DNA of 55,759 bases, counting the filler, from Streblomastix strix (lineage: Eukaryota), in NCBI GenBank assembly GCA_008636045.1. It is 3 parts of 3 records of this genome, joined end to end, with 100 filler letters (N's around TTAATTAATTAA, not from the genome) between each part and the next. Parts side by side here need not be neighbours in the genome. Positions count along the whole stretch, not along the records: positions 1 to 18,527 come from SNRW01000601.1; 2 more parts are not named here. One strand, 5' to 3'. The notes beneath the pieces are model-generated. The model worked only from the letters and a program-made list of their open reading frames with translations. It had not been told where the DNA came from and made no database searches. Made by a program: the position numbers and the translations under genes. Positions 1 to 15,740 of the stretch are shown here, one piece after another (the first letter of the stretch is position 1; every line of letters begins with the position of its first letter).

Positions 1-453
1 ATTAATTAGAACCATTTCATCTGGAGTCTGTGTGGTTTTTGAGAAACGGTGCCGTGAAGTTTGAAATTTTGGGTCATTTTGCCTATATTTTTTTTCTATT
101 AATTTCCTTATAATTTATTTATTTTATGATATATTGGTAGGTTATTGCTTATTCTTAATGAATTTGGTAACCAAACTCATCTAATGAGCTTTGCGTGTCT
201 TTTCTAACAGCGGGTTAGGGTTTTTAAATAATGAGCTTTGCGTGCCTTTTATAACAGCGGGTTAGGGTTTTTAAATAATGAGCTTTGCGTGCCTATTCTA
301 ATTACGAGTTTGGGGATATGAATTAATTATATATATACAAAAATAAGCAAATTAATGAAAAAAATTTATAGGCAAAATGACCCAAAATTTCAAACTTCAC
401 GGCACCGTTTCTCAAAAACCACACAGACTCCAGATGAAATGGTTCTAATTAAT
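1..453. mobile_element. MITE / foldback non-autonomous DNA transposon with 87-bp perfect terminal inverted repeats
   Basis: 1-87 (ATTAATTAGAACCATTTCATCTGGAGTCTG...GCCTATA) is the exact reverse complement of 367-453, with an imperfect extension inward. No coding capacity. The left boundary and TSD cannot be seen because the window starts here. Confidence 0.85.
182..300 (+). repeat. 47-bp tandem repeat (~2.5 copies) inside the MITE, the two full units carrying GGGTTAGGG
   Basis: TAATGAGCTTTGCGTG starts at 182, 229 and 276. Confidence 0.9.
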
Positions 454-519
454 TATGATGTATAACACATATACTATATTATTATATATAAATCATGCAA
501 TTATTCTATGACAGTTATT

Positions 520-930
520 TTACTATTTTACCAATTATTGTCCTGATCAAACTGCATAGTCTGGTACAATAGCTAGTTCTGATGTTATTGTACAAATATT
601 TTATATTTTCTTCTTTAATCTATTTATTAAATTTTCAGACATTTATTCCTCGTTTGATTCAAGATCTCGAATCAGATAATGACATGCATGTTCCTGTTGT
701 TAGGTAACTATTGGACATTGTTACTGATAGTTTTTTTCCATAATTATTATTCTTTTAAATCTATTAATATTTTATTTATTTTGCTTGTATGAATTAATAT
801 AACTTAACTATGATGAAATGGAATTTATTAATATTGATGAATTGGGGGGCCAATAAAACCTGAATTTCCAGCGCAATTAAGATTCATAGTAATTAAAGAA
901 ACTGATTCATATAATTATTACAATTTTATA
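520..930 (+). pseudogene. Probable degraded intron-containing gene fragment (helical-repeat-like)
   Basis: GT..AG intron at ~590-638 followed by FIPRLIQDLESDNDMHVPVVRQLLDIVTD (table 6). No complete model can be built. Confidence 0.3.
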
Positions 931-1241
931 GGTAAATATAAATTTTATATTAATTTTTTATAAATGCAATTTATTTGCACAATAGTCCTCAGAAAAAAAC
1001 AATAAAACTTTCATTAATTTTAAATTCGATATAACTTAACATTCTAATTAATTTTCAGATACATATTATTAAAATTGGAAAATACATAATAGTAATGCTA
1101 GATATTTGATATAAAATATACATAATCATTAAGTATTTTACTTGTATAATTTGTTACAAAAAATCTAGAAAATTACCAACATTTTTTCTCGTTGTATATT
1201 ACATTATTTTTATTTTATTATCAATTAATTCTTTCAGAATA

Positions 1242-4200
1242 ATGAATGAACAAAATTCATTGGAAGATGAAGATTTATTTAGCAAAACTGAATCGCGAAT
1301 CTTTTCGATTCTATTCCCACTTTTTCATCACCCAAAGAAGCCAAATGCGTTCATTTCTGCGATGCTCTGGGTTATATTTTGCATTTAAATGGTTGCTGTT
1401 GCTTTATTTCGTATTGATAACTCAACATAGGCACAGACAGCTCTGTCAAAAGTATGAAACAGATATTGTTATATTATATTTACTATTTCACGATTATTCA
1501 CTTTGTAGGTTGTGAATTTTGTTGATTTATCTTCATTAAGCATCATGATTGGAAAGAATTCTATATTCCTTGTACTTGGATTCCTTATTCTGATCATCCT
1601 ATTATTTGCAATCTTATTGATATGTTCATTCCTCTTTCACTCAATATTAGTTACACAACCTTGGATTATTACATTAGTCCGAATATTACATGAAATACTA
1701 TTACGTATTTTATATATTCCTATTGCTTCTATTTACATTACAACGATTGACTGTTATTATATAGTATAGATTAATGACACAGGAGAAGAAATAAAAACAA
1801 GTGTTTGGAGAGCAGCAAGTGATAATATTTGTATGGGTAATATCTATCAAATTGTAGGAGTGATATTAGCCATTATTACATTTATAGTACTTATTGTCTA
1901 TTGTGGTGCACTTGATCTGCTAATATTCAACTTCAATCCAAAGAATGGAGGACTTTTCAGTTGTCCAGATGGATTCTTCAACTTCATACAGCACTTATTC
2001 ATACTTAGTCTTGTATTTATTTTATGATATATTTATCCATGGGAATTCTGGCGTGCATTCCTAAGTATTGTAGATTCAATAATTCTTATTGCATATATTA
2101 TATACAAACAACCATACTATACTCTGAAATCAAACTTCATGGCTTAGATTCCATGGATCATTTTTGGATCAGTTCGTTTGTGTTCAGAGATTGGATATTT
2201 ATTTGAAGGAAGATTCAACTCATACCTTCCATAGATTATTCTTATATTGTTCAGTGTTATCATTATTCTTATTGTATCATATGGAATGTATATACTCACT
2301 CGTAGAAGAATGAAGAGTCTTTGGATGTTATCATCATTGGAGAAACCTCTTATTAAACCAAAAACAAAGAATAAGAATTCAAAATAATAATAATAATAAA
2401 AAAATGAAATTTAGAATAAAGCAATAATAAATAAATTCATTTAATAATCTTAAAGAAGAAATTCATTAACTTTATTATCTAATAATAAAGGATATGCACC
2501 ATTACATAACTAGAATTAGTAAATCCAATAAAAATAAAATAAGAATTATTAATATTCAATACTAAGATTGAAAGATCCAAAACTTATTGAACCAAGTATT
2601 AGATTTCTCCAATATCAGAAGTTTCGCACATCAGAGATGATGTTGTATACAGAGCTTATATTCACATAAGCAGTAAGAATGCACGCAAAGAATGTGAATA
2701 TACTATTTAATTTCTTGAATTTCCTTATTTACTACAAGAAGAATTATTAAAAAGCTTAAGCTATTCATAAACTGATCAATCGATGTCATTTGAATTTTTT
2801 GAAGAAGTTTATTATATTTTGTTTTAACAAACAGAAAGAATTTGGGTTAGGTATTACAGATAAGGACAATTTTTAATCAGAAAACTCAATTGCATTCCTC
2901 CAGAAATTTGAATTTGCATAAAAATATCATTATTAAGCTAAAGAATTCACAATCTAATTCTTCAAACAAATAACAGGTAATATCAATAACTATGAAGTTG
3001 TATATGACTGCGTGTACAAGATAGCAAAATTTGAAGCTAAAGCTAGGACATCATATGAAGATCTTCTGAGTGAATAACCTAACAATGTAACTGTGCTCAA
3101 ATAATATGCATCACTACTCAATGATATATATAGGTGTGAATAATTAGAATTAACTATTGTAAATATTTTATTTTACTAATTTTTATCATTTATTTAATTC
3201 TTTATTTAATTCATAATATATAAAACTTAACAGAGATGAAGAATCCGCTGAAATGATACTAAGCAGAGCATAAGTTTAAGAAGATAATAGAAATAATATT
3301 GAATTTAGAGAAGAAAAATTAAAAATTGAATAAACACTAATATAATAAAGACCCAATTCATAAATATAACAAGAAGATGATAAATAAAACCTCATTCATT
3401 CTGAAGGCTAGACTCCATTGTATACATAAACACCAGTTCTAATAACGCCTTAATAATCAAATAAAAGTTAGAATTAATCAAATAAGGATTAGAATTAATA
3501 AACTCAAAGATTATAACCACAAATATCTTCAAATAATACAAGTAGTAATTAAAGCAGCTAAATAACAAAGAAGAAAAGAAAGAAAAAAAGAAATTAAAAA
3601 GATTTGGAAGAAAATGATGCTCTTTCAGAATAATATGTATTAATTAAGATAACTAAACAAAAAATTAATATAAATTTATAAATTATTTTAAATTTTACAA
3701 TATTCAATTGTTATACTATATTTTTTTTTTCATTTTTCTTATATTATATATCAAATCATTGTTTTATATATTCAACAGCATTAGAAAGGTTCTCTTGCTC
3801 TCAAAAACGACTTTAGAAAAACATATAGAAAAGTAGTAATATAAGCACTTGCTTTGTACATATTCGATATACTTCAATACGTTATAAGTTGTCTTATATA
3901 TTATTATTTAGCGGAGAAACAATCTCAAAGATTTGAAAATTTGAATAATATAAGTTAGTTGATGTAAATTTAGGTACGAATAAAAGTAATTTAGAATATA
4001 TTTGATTAGTTTGAATAGTTCTTATTAATATTCATTAATTTTTTAATCATTTATTTATTAAACCATTTTAATATTTAATTACACTTTATTTTATTATTAT
4101 TTCAGACTCACCTCGCTCCTTTATTTATCAGCTGTTTGTATCAGGATCTTGGTGTTTATATTTAGTTTTATTTGATATATTTAAACATATCAATTTGAAG

Positions 4201-7200
4201 TTAATATTTCATACAAATCATAAATTTTATCAATTATTTTTAATTCTTATATTTTTTATCTCTCTTTTTATTATATAACATACATTTTATATCCAATTAG
4301 TTTGTTCATTCAACTATAAATGAATTAATGATAGCGAAGCAGAATTTCTTATAACGTGGGATTAAATATGCAATAAGCTTTTAATATATTCAGATTAGAT
4401 TACATTATCTTTAGAAGATATCTATTCTATTATGGCTGACACAAGTGTTTGGGAGGTTTGTATTATTAAAGAAGAATGAATTAATGAATTAATAATAAAC
4501 ACTATTTTATTTATATTTACAATTATCTTTATTTATTTATTTATTTATTTTATAGATACACAATATAATAGTATAAGTATTTGATATTAGATTAGATTTA
4601 GAGAGATAATAATATTCATCATCAAATTAATCTTCTTCTAAATCATTCCCTTCGATTATGCACGATGAACCAATACAATATTCTAATTAGGAATAAGTAT
4701 GAAATATTATATATATAATTATATGAATATTTTTATAAATTTATTTGGAATAATATATTATATTTTTCATTTTTAAAATAATATTTGAATTTTTTATTCA
4801 CTTTAACTGTTCAATTACTTTTATATCTAATACTTATTATATATTTAGAATATTAGTTTAATTAGAGCACTCACTTTACTTACATAAAAGAGTCGAGAAA
4901 TGGCCATTCAACCATATAGACAGGAAATTGGAACAGGAGGTTTTTTATTTATTATAATTAAAAATAAAATAAATAAATTTCTTTTATTTTGGTTTTTACT
5001 TATTTATTCATAATTTATTTAATTTTTATCATTCTAAGAACTTCCTCATATAACCAATATAAATTTCTACTCCGATATTGCATATGTCTGTTTCAATTCA
5101 ATTCAACCAGTATTCTTTGCATGTTAGAGAGGTTTTAATATTTAATTAAAATAAAAAATAACCATAATAAATTAATTTTAAATTCTAATTTTTTTATTAT
5201 CATTATTATTTGATTTTGCAAATAATAATATTACTATTACTATTCAGCTTTGGTCAATCTTTACAGAGAAATATAATTATGGCGTAAAATCATATAAACA
5301 ATTTATATATTAATAGTAGTAATTTCATAAATATTGATCATAATATTATCATCATTTATATTATTTAAATAAATGATATAAACTAATATGGTTTGATTAT
5401 TGAAATGAAGTTTTTGAGATTAGAAGAATAATTTAAAATTAATATTAAATATTTTTTAATATTTTTTATGTTCATTTATTTAATATTTTTTTAAAAAAAT
5501 TAATAGGAAAGGTTTTCATCAATGGTTAAATTACTCAATATACCAAAGTCAAAATTGCAATAGTATTATAGAAGATTAACTGCATAAGTATAATAAATTT
5601 ATATTTAAATAATTCCTAATTTAATATTTATTTTTATTTTATTTATTATTTTTTATGCAAAAGGATAATTAAATAATGTCTAACTAAGAAGAAATTGAAT
5701 ATGAAATCCAACTTCATTTTTAACATTAATTTCAAATTCAATAGTAACTTTAATAATTGCGTCGATAATCATCCACAAATTCTCTAATTCTCTTTTAAAA
5801 CCTATTAATTGGTTAAGATTAATAATTTTAAATATTAATATAAGATAATAACATTGAATCATTGAAAGATGCGGAAAAAATTGTTTAATGCAATTTTTAA
5901 GACTCAATGGAAAAAGAATAAGAATATTAAAGTACAAATATTGAAAAAAGTATTAATATAGAAAAAGAACTATCATTTAAATAATATTTAGGAAAAGAAT
6001 AAGAAATCGATCTATTGAATTAATTGGAAAAAGAAAATGAATAAATAAGACAAATCCAATAAATGAATTTAATTAAAAAATAAATACTCCATTCAGAATT
6101 GGAAATAAGCACTGAAGAAATAATCAAATAAAAATAAGAAAGAGAATAAGAAGAATTAATTAGATTGTAATAAGAGAAAGAATAAATTGAATAGATTGAA
6201 AAGGAATAGAAAGAATTGTAAGAAAAATAATAAGAAGAAGAAAAATTATAATAAGAAGTAGAAAAGTAAAGATAATTAAAAGAATTGAATGAAAATGAAT
6301 AAAATAATTAATAAATATAAATATATTAATAATAACAATCTACATCTAATTAATAAAAGTAATAATTATTCCCTTAAACTTCTGCTCCATATTAAAATAG
6401 AAAAATAATATATGCTGAGAAATCATCAAAGAAAATTGTAAAGAAAAGAACAATTGTTAAATCATCATAAGGTAATATTGAGAAACCTATATAGTAATAA
6501 CTTGAATCAGAATAGATACAATAAGAATAATAACATGAATAAAATGACTAATTAATTTAATCGGATAATTTCTTTGATATTTCCCTTTAAGCATCATTTT
6601 AAGATTCTTTTTAGAATAATAATGAAATAAATAAGTAAGAAAAAGAATAAATATAATAAATTGAAAGAAATATTAACAATAAATAAGATAATATAAATAT
6701 TAATAAATCAGATATCCTTTTATAATAATCAGTAGAATAAGTACAAACATTATAATAAGAAGAATAAGAAAAATTAAACCAAAATAATCATAATACTAAT
6801 ATTTTATAAATTGCTGAAACATTTCCAAAAGAAATTTCTAATAACATATTTAATTAATTATTAACAAATCAATAATTTGATTAGCCAAAAAATAAAACAA
6901 TTCCTTCTTCATAACAGATTAATAATACATATATATAGCAATTCAACTCATCAATTCATTAATAAAATTCTTCTCCCGTTAATTTTTACAATATTCAATT
7001 TAATATTAAATAAAATTAATAATTTATAAATAATAATTAGTAATAATAAAATAATGAATAAAAACTTGATATTTAGTAATTGAAAAATGAATAAGTATAA
7101 CCTCATATATAATAACAATCTTTATCTTAACAATAAATCTTTGATTAATAAACATTTAATCTTCTTTTGTAGCAATTGCAACAATAATAACTTCAACAAG

Positions 7201-9827
7201 AATAAATTCTTTAGTAATAATAGATACTATAATAATAATTTTTGGAACTGAATACGAAATAATAAGTGAAGAGAAACAAATCATAACATAATTTACAGTT
7301 AAAATAAATATCTTCACTATCAAACAAAGAAGAAGAAGATTAAGAGGAATAATAAAAATACGAAGATAATTAAAAAAATGAAATAAAAATATAACAATAA
7401 AAAATCCAATAATAAAGAAAATATAAGAATAAATAAAATGAGTAGGATTAATTGACTGAGGTAAAAAGAAAAATGTAATAAAATGAAGAATAAAAATAAC
7501 AGAAAGAAAAATAAATTTAGAAAGAAAAAGAAAAGAAAAAAGAAATGAGTAAATAATAAGAAAGGAATAATGAAATAAAATAATAAAAAGGAAAAGAATT
7601 TAGAATTTAGAATGGCAAATTTGTAAATTTGAAAAATGAATAAATTGAAGAAGAAGAATATGAAGAAGATGAAGATGACATTGATAATGAAGAATCATCA
7701 TCATCATATGAATAAGATTCATATTATAATTCAGATAACGAAATAAATTATAATAAAATAAAAGATATTAAATATGAAAATAAATTAGTAGGAAATATAA
7801 ATTAATTAGTGTAATCATATTCAAACATACCATCAACTATTAGTAAGAGAGATATATTTGATAGTATAATTGTTGGATTTGAATTATCTTTAGTTATTGT
7901 TGTAACGATTATCGTAACTGTGGTTCTGGTTAATAAATATTCTGAAGAATCATCGAATATTCTTCTCTCTGGATTAAGATCTCCATATATATTCAGAATT
8001 CAGTTCTTTCTTCTCAGAACAATCATTGACTTTGACTGCATTCGCCCTTAAGTACATCATTCAACAGTTTATGAAGATAATTACAGTTTGATTTCTAAAT
8101 ATAATAATATTAAATTTATTATATATATTTATTATATATTATTTATTTATTTATTACATTTTTTTATTTAGTTTGGTAAGATGATTCGCATCTGAGCAAC
8201 AATCGCACTGTAATTATAAATATTCTTTTCTAAACAATGCGTTAAATGAGCCGAATTCAAAATAAAGTACATTTTGGAAATAGTTAATATTCAACAACTA
8301 ATGATAAAATGATTGATTAGATCAAACCACGAAGGTTTTTTTAAATAAATATTCTTACATTTTTATTTCTATTAATTATTTAATTAGTTTTTTTATTTGT
8401 TAATATGTATTTACTTTTACATTTTATTTATATTTTATATGAATATTTTAACATAGATTGCCAACTAAATTAAACGCATTGTTACTATTTAAAGAGAGCG
8501 ATTGTTATTTACTTAGTGAAGATGAATGCAATAAAGCTAATCCAAACAGAATGTTTCATGTATTGATTAATTATCTCCAAATAAAGAAACATTTTTATTT
8601 TATTTTCAAATAATGAAATATTTTTATTTTATTTTCATTTAATTTTATTATTATTTACTAAAAATTCTATTTTATTTTATATAAATTATTATTAATTTTA
8701 GATTTAACCTCCAATTTATGGTTTTTCTCTTCTTTATAACCGAATGCGCTCATACATACAACAATTGAGCCATATGGACAGCAATTTGCTAGCAGAAACA
8801 AATGAAGAATTTAGATTCATTCTATCTGCTATTAGATTTGATATTTATGAAGGTTTAAAATATATTAATACTATTTTTTAATAAAATTAATTATTATATT
8901 TGTTATTTTTTTTATATTTTAATTATTTTTCATTAATTCATTAATTTTAGGGATTGATTCTCTTATGCATTCAATCACAAAAAGTGGGTAAATAATGATA
9001 TACAATTCGCAAAACATTATCATTCTATTATCAATTGCATTTAGTATAATGGTCATAAGTATGATATAATATTATTAAAAATAATTATCTGTAACAATAT
9101 GAAAGAATATAATTTTATTTTTCAATATTTACTTATTTTCTTCTATTTTTCACTTTTTTATATCTAAATTACAGTGCAAATGACAACAATAACTTTACCG
9201 TGGTCTAAGCGATTTATTATTAATAGAAATAATTCTCATATTCTTTTAGATCTTCTTCCTCTTGAATCTTTGGATAATGACGTTTCATTCCTTCCATCAA
9301 TGTTCACCAATAATTAAGAAATTGATAATTCAAGAAAATAGATATTGAAATGCACATAAGACTTAATAGAAGCTGTAAACAAACCTTAATAATTATAAAA
9401 TGATATTAATTGTTATATGAATAATTTAATATTACTATCTGAATAATCATTTGAAATTGAAGAGAAATAAATGAAAATTTAATAATATAATTAAACAAAA
9501 TTCAACAGTCACTCATTTGATCATAATATTATTCTTCACAGATTATCATTTCTTCAGAAAGAGTTAAAGGAGTTAAATTAGATTTAACAAGATCTGAAAA
9601 ATAATGTAAATTTTCTTGTACAAATATTTGCCATAGTTTTGAGATTTGGCAAAGTAGCTGTATTGCTCAACAGAATCTCTGCAATGAAATTTATTATCTG
9701 CCGATCAGTTGCAATATTATTTAATAGACATTTCATTGAAATGGATCCCGAGTTTGCAGAAGAAATTGGATTAATTATAAGAGGAAATATTTTAAAAGAA
9801 TAGAATTAAAAAGAAAACTATTAATGA
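1242..9827 (+). CDS. Large multi-exon TmcB/TmcC-like polytopic membrane protein with TPR-like region, long Q/N/E-rich insert and C-terminal hemerythrin-like domain; one in-frame TGA at 2025-2027
   Basis: MNEQNSLEDEDLFSKTESRIFSILFPLF..., first intron ~1452-1508, several hydrophobic helices, ARTSYEDLLSEQPNNVTVLKQYASLLNDIY, and C-terminal IDNSRKQI...SFEIEEKQM...HSFDH...HFIEMD. Stop TGA at 9825-9827. Internal exon boundaries are approximate. Confidence 0.75.
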
Positions 9828-10476
9828 ATTAAACAACAACAATAATAATTTCCCCTCTTATTATTTCATTGAATATATAAAATTGCTTATATGTATGTAT
9901 GTATGTTCAAATGCAACATTAATTATTATTATAAAGAAACAACATTTTCGAGATTTTTTTAGAAGAATTTTTAATTTATTTTAATTGTAGATTCAATATC
10001 TTTATTGTATTTTACTGTTATATTTTACTTGAAATATTTGAGAAATTAATCAAATTCAGAAATACTTTCTTTATAAGCAATTTAATTTTTTAATTATATT
10101 TGAGATTATATTCTACATCATTATTCTTTATTATATCTTTTTTAATAGAATATACCACTTAATTTTGCTTAATTTTATTTTCACGGAATATTTAATTTAA
10201 TTTTCTTATTTAAATAGATCTTTTATTATTTATTTTTGCATTTTGATATTACACCAATTTTTTGTGTCTTTTTTTATGCTCAATTTATTGTGTTTACTTA
10301 GCAACTTAGATAACCAAATAAATTTAAGTAAAATAATTTTATTCTGTTTTATATTGAATTATTTTCAAACCCAATTCAGATATAAAAGCATCTAGCTGTA
10401 ATTAAAAAGGACCCAAACTATCAGGATTAAATTTTCAACCGCACATCGATTTCAGCAAATTCAGTGAAAAATTCTG

Positions 10477-13400
10477 ATGTCTAACGAGTACTACGGTCGT
10501 TAATGGCGAGATTAAATGGACTTGGTGAGCATATACTTATAAAAAATATTTTATTAATTCTCTTGTTTTCATTGTTATAATAAGCTTTTTGATTAATTAG
10601 GTTTGTTTAATTTACACTTATTCATTAAATTTAATTATTTTATTTATTTTTAAAATCATTTAACAGAGATTGAAGTTCCGCAAGACAAAGCACTGATTCC
10701 TAAGACGAACGAAGATAAATATCGGTTTTACGGTACTCTCTATGTGTAATACACATAAATCTATAAGAAATTGGAAGACAGTGTTGAACGAGAGATTCAC
10801 CCGTAGAAGCGCGCTGAGATGCAAAAACAATTGGACGCTGTGATGGCCAGAATTTACGAGTTGAAATATGTATGAATGGATTATTGTTAGACAGTTGATC
10901 ATGCATCATTTTTTCTATATTTATGCCAGTTCTTAGTGAAGGTACGACATTCACCAGCGATTGATTTGGACGAAATTTTGGTGAGTCTCAACCGCACATT
11001 TGCTGATTTAGAGATTCGGGCACCTCGAATTTTGCTAGACAATAGATAGTAAAAACTGTAAAGAACAAAAGAACTTCTTGTATTTAACTAACTTTTTCAA
11101 TAAATATTATTTATTCATTTAATTTTATTTATTTATTCCTAATTTTATTTATTTATTCCTAATTTTATTTATTATTTAATTATTCCAGAAAGTGCTCCTT
11201 CAGAACTACGACGCCCCAACACCCGAGAACATCTACACAATTGACGGCACAGACATTACCTTCGACCGTGCCATCCACATTGTCCAAGCAGCTGAACGTG
11301 CAAGACAAGGTCGTGAGAGAGCAAATTTCCTGAAAATTGACCGACTCAATCAGTTGGGTGTCAAAGTTAAATACAGCAGAAAGGAAGCAGCAGAAATAAT
11401 ACAGCGCGTTTATAGAGGATGGATAACTAGGAAGAAAGTTGTATAGATGAGGGTGAAGGAGGAGTAATTACTTGGTTTGGAGAATTAATATATTATTTCA
11501 TATTTATATTAATATATTATTTATTTATATTATTCCATATATACCCATTAATTTCTATTTATCATTTATATATCAAAGGTATACAAATCACTCCAAAACC
11601 TAAACGTGATCTTGAACTTGTAGAGAAAGCTGATTCATAGAGAAAAGAGATCTAAAAAAGACATGAAAAGGATCTTGAAGATGCTAAGAAGAGATAACAT
11701 GATGAATTGATGATTAAAGATGGACCAAGACTCGCTGAAGACATGAAGAGGAAGATTAGAACTTTTTGGGAGCAGACTAAGATTGTGTGATTTTATTATT
11801 TAATAACTAATCTTTAATATACCACATATTTATTGTATGTTATATATTTATTATTTTATATTATATATTAATAATCTCACACATTCATATATGGTTGCAT
11901 ACACAATACACAGTAAACAGGTGAATATCCAGAAGAATACTTCGAAGAGCCCGAATTCTCATCTGAGAAATTCTTCCATCCAGAAAGATTCCCTCCTCCC
12001 CCACCAGAACCAGATCCAAATTTAGCAAAAAAGAAGAAAAAAAAGGAAGAAAAAAAAGCTGTAAAAAAAGATGATAAAAAGAAGAAGAAAAAAGAACCCC
12101 CACCTGATCCTGATGCCCCAGAAGATCCAATTAAGATGCCTGTATCGTATGCGATACATCCGATAAAGGAATGTTTGGAGAATTATACTTCAATTTGGTA
12201 ATCTATGGATGAGAGAAATAACATCCATCAGGAATTCATATAGGATCTGACAATAAAACCACAGTAAAAAATAGTTGAGGATGAAGTTCGTAAATAAATT
12301 GACATTCTACTTAAAGTTGAGCTTGAGAACATGCGTCGCAGAGACGAATTTGATGAAAATGCTGAATTTCTGGGAAAAAAGAAGAAGAAGAAGAAAAAGA
12401 AGAAGAAAGAGAAGAAGAAGAAGAAGAAAGGTGGGAAAGAAGATTTACCCCCACCAATACCACTGACATCCATGGAGGTTGAGATACTATTTGCGAAATA
12501 TGCGATGATTGGGAATATATAGGAGGTTTATGTTATGAAATGAATGTATATTATTAATGCAATGAAATAAATTTAAATATAGATGTAATGATAAATATAT
12601 ATAACATAAACTATTATTAATTAATAATTAATTATATTCTATTATCAATTATTTATTATCATCTCTATTTATCCAGTGTCCACCAGTTGATATTACTTCA
12701 ATTGTAGGAGATTGGGACTTATTAGCTTCACTCAAGATGCTTAATAAGACTTCACGCAATCTAACTATGGCTGAAATGAAATTACTTGGAATTGAATTTG
12801 CACTTTTTCCATTGGCTTTCTCAGAGGAAACTGTATGTTGTTGTTTATATTATACAATAATTATTAATTTTGATTGTTTTTATTATTATTGATTCAATTA
12901 TTCAATAATATGCTATTATCTCAATTCCAATATAATTATTATCATTATAATTCATTCAATATTCAGCTTGAAAACCTTATGCCATAAAAAACTATTCTTT
13001 TCTATGGGTCAAAAGGAGTAGGCAAGACCATGTTGATTAGAGCACTCACTACATTGGCTGGAGCAACATTCATTAATCTTTCTCCACATGTTGTCTGGGA
13101 AAGGATGAAAGTTAATGGTGGATTCATGAAGGAGATATTTTAGGTATTGAAGTGAATATTATTGATATATGAATATATTGAAGTGAATATTTGAAATTAA
13201 TCAATTATTATTATATGATATTTATAATTACGTAATCATTAATTATAATTACATTATCATTATCATTACCAATATCCGACATACAGCTTGCACGTGAACT
13301 CCAACCTACAATAATTTACATCGATAAAGCTGAACTTTTCTTCTTAGAATCATAAGGAGGGAAAAAGGGTAAAAAAAAGAAGAAAAAGAAAAAGAAGAAG

Positions 13401-14151
13401 AAGAAAGGTCAAATTGATGAACCACCAACACCAGAGAAGATTGAATAAGAAAGATTAGGTTTATTAGCTCAGGAAATGATTGAGTTAGTTTAGTTTGAGA
13501 TTCAAGGACTTGCTCCTAAGGATAAAGTGATTGTGATTGGGGAATCTTCTGAACCATTTGGTATGAGATTTAGATATTATATTGGATTGAATATGATAAG
13601 TGAAGATTTTTAATCATATTTATATTTTATACAATTTATTTATTATATTTATTTATTTATTCAATTTACTTATTCATTTATTCTATTTACTTATTCATTC
13701 ATCATTTTTATTTATAATCAAAACATATCCAATATCTAATGCAGATGCAGTAGCTCCTGACTTAGCAGAGCTCTTCAAGATCCAATTCCACGTCCCACGA
13801 CCCCGACATTCCGCTCTTATCGAACTTTGGACCAAATTCATCTCTGAATATGGAGGAATAATAACTAAATCTCTGGATATAGGTTTATTAGCACACTTAT
13901 CTGATTGGTATACAGGTCGCACTATAAGACATGTATGTCATGAAGTGCTTACATCATCCAGGATCAAGAGGATGGATGATTAAGGCGAGGATGGAGTTTT
14001 GAAGACTACTAAATTTATCACTGTTCTAAAGAGATATCCGACGTGTGAAGTGAGTGAGAAGAAAATATGGGAGGTTTTCAGACCAGAGCTGCCGAAGCTG
14101 GTGCCTGAGTACATACCTGTGGATCCAGACGCAAAAAAGAAAAAGCGTTGA
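10477..14151 (+). CDS. IQCA1: IQ and AAA domain-containing protein 1 (dynein regulatory complex subunit DRC11), multi-exon
   Basis: N-terminus MSNEYYGRQW, HPQKR motif (Q=TAG at 10804), IQ motif AAEIIQRVYRGWITRK, poly-Lys tracts, Walker A FYGSKGVGKT, degenerate Walker B IIYIDKAE. Stop TGA at 14149-14151. Confidence 0.9.
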
Positions 14152-14332
14152 GAAGAGCAGAAATGATTTAAGGCAATTTTAACTGGTGAAATACTGAATT
14201 GTTTTTGAAACACCAGTTCTGTTTATTATAATACAAAACAATTATTATTAAACCAAATTTTTTTATATAAATGTATATATAATATATAAATAATAATTAT
14301 TCGATCATATCAATATTAGGCTTAAAATCAAG

Positions 14333-15517
<1,185 letters not shown>

Positions 15518-15740
15518 TTGTTAATTGTGTTATGTTTTTGAAAACAAGATCATATTTTTCTCAGATACAAATCTTTGTTTTGTTATTTATCTAAAATTTC
15601 ATTTCATGTAAGCATTATATATTTTTATATCTACTATTTTAAAACGCCATTTCTCAAGTAAATAAATATAATAATAATATAATATAATACAATATACATT
15701 TATTTGCCATTTCTTATTAATTTTTATTGTTGTTCCATAT

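Noticed and set aside
182..300. 47-bp repeats as a CRISPR array
   Set aside because: The units are head-to-tail with no unique spacers, there are no cas genes, and the context is eukaryotic.
11110..11175. 20-bp intronic tandem repeat, plus similar duplications at ~32380-32460 and ~33530-33660
   Set aside because: Ordinary slippage repeats in AT-rich introns and intergenic DNA.
14149..14210. Possible readthrough past the IQCA1 stop (R*EEQK*FK...)
   Set aside because: The basic KKKKR end is a plausible terminus, and two further TGAs follow closely.
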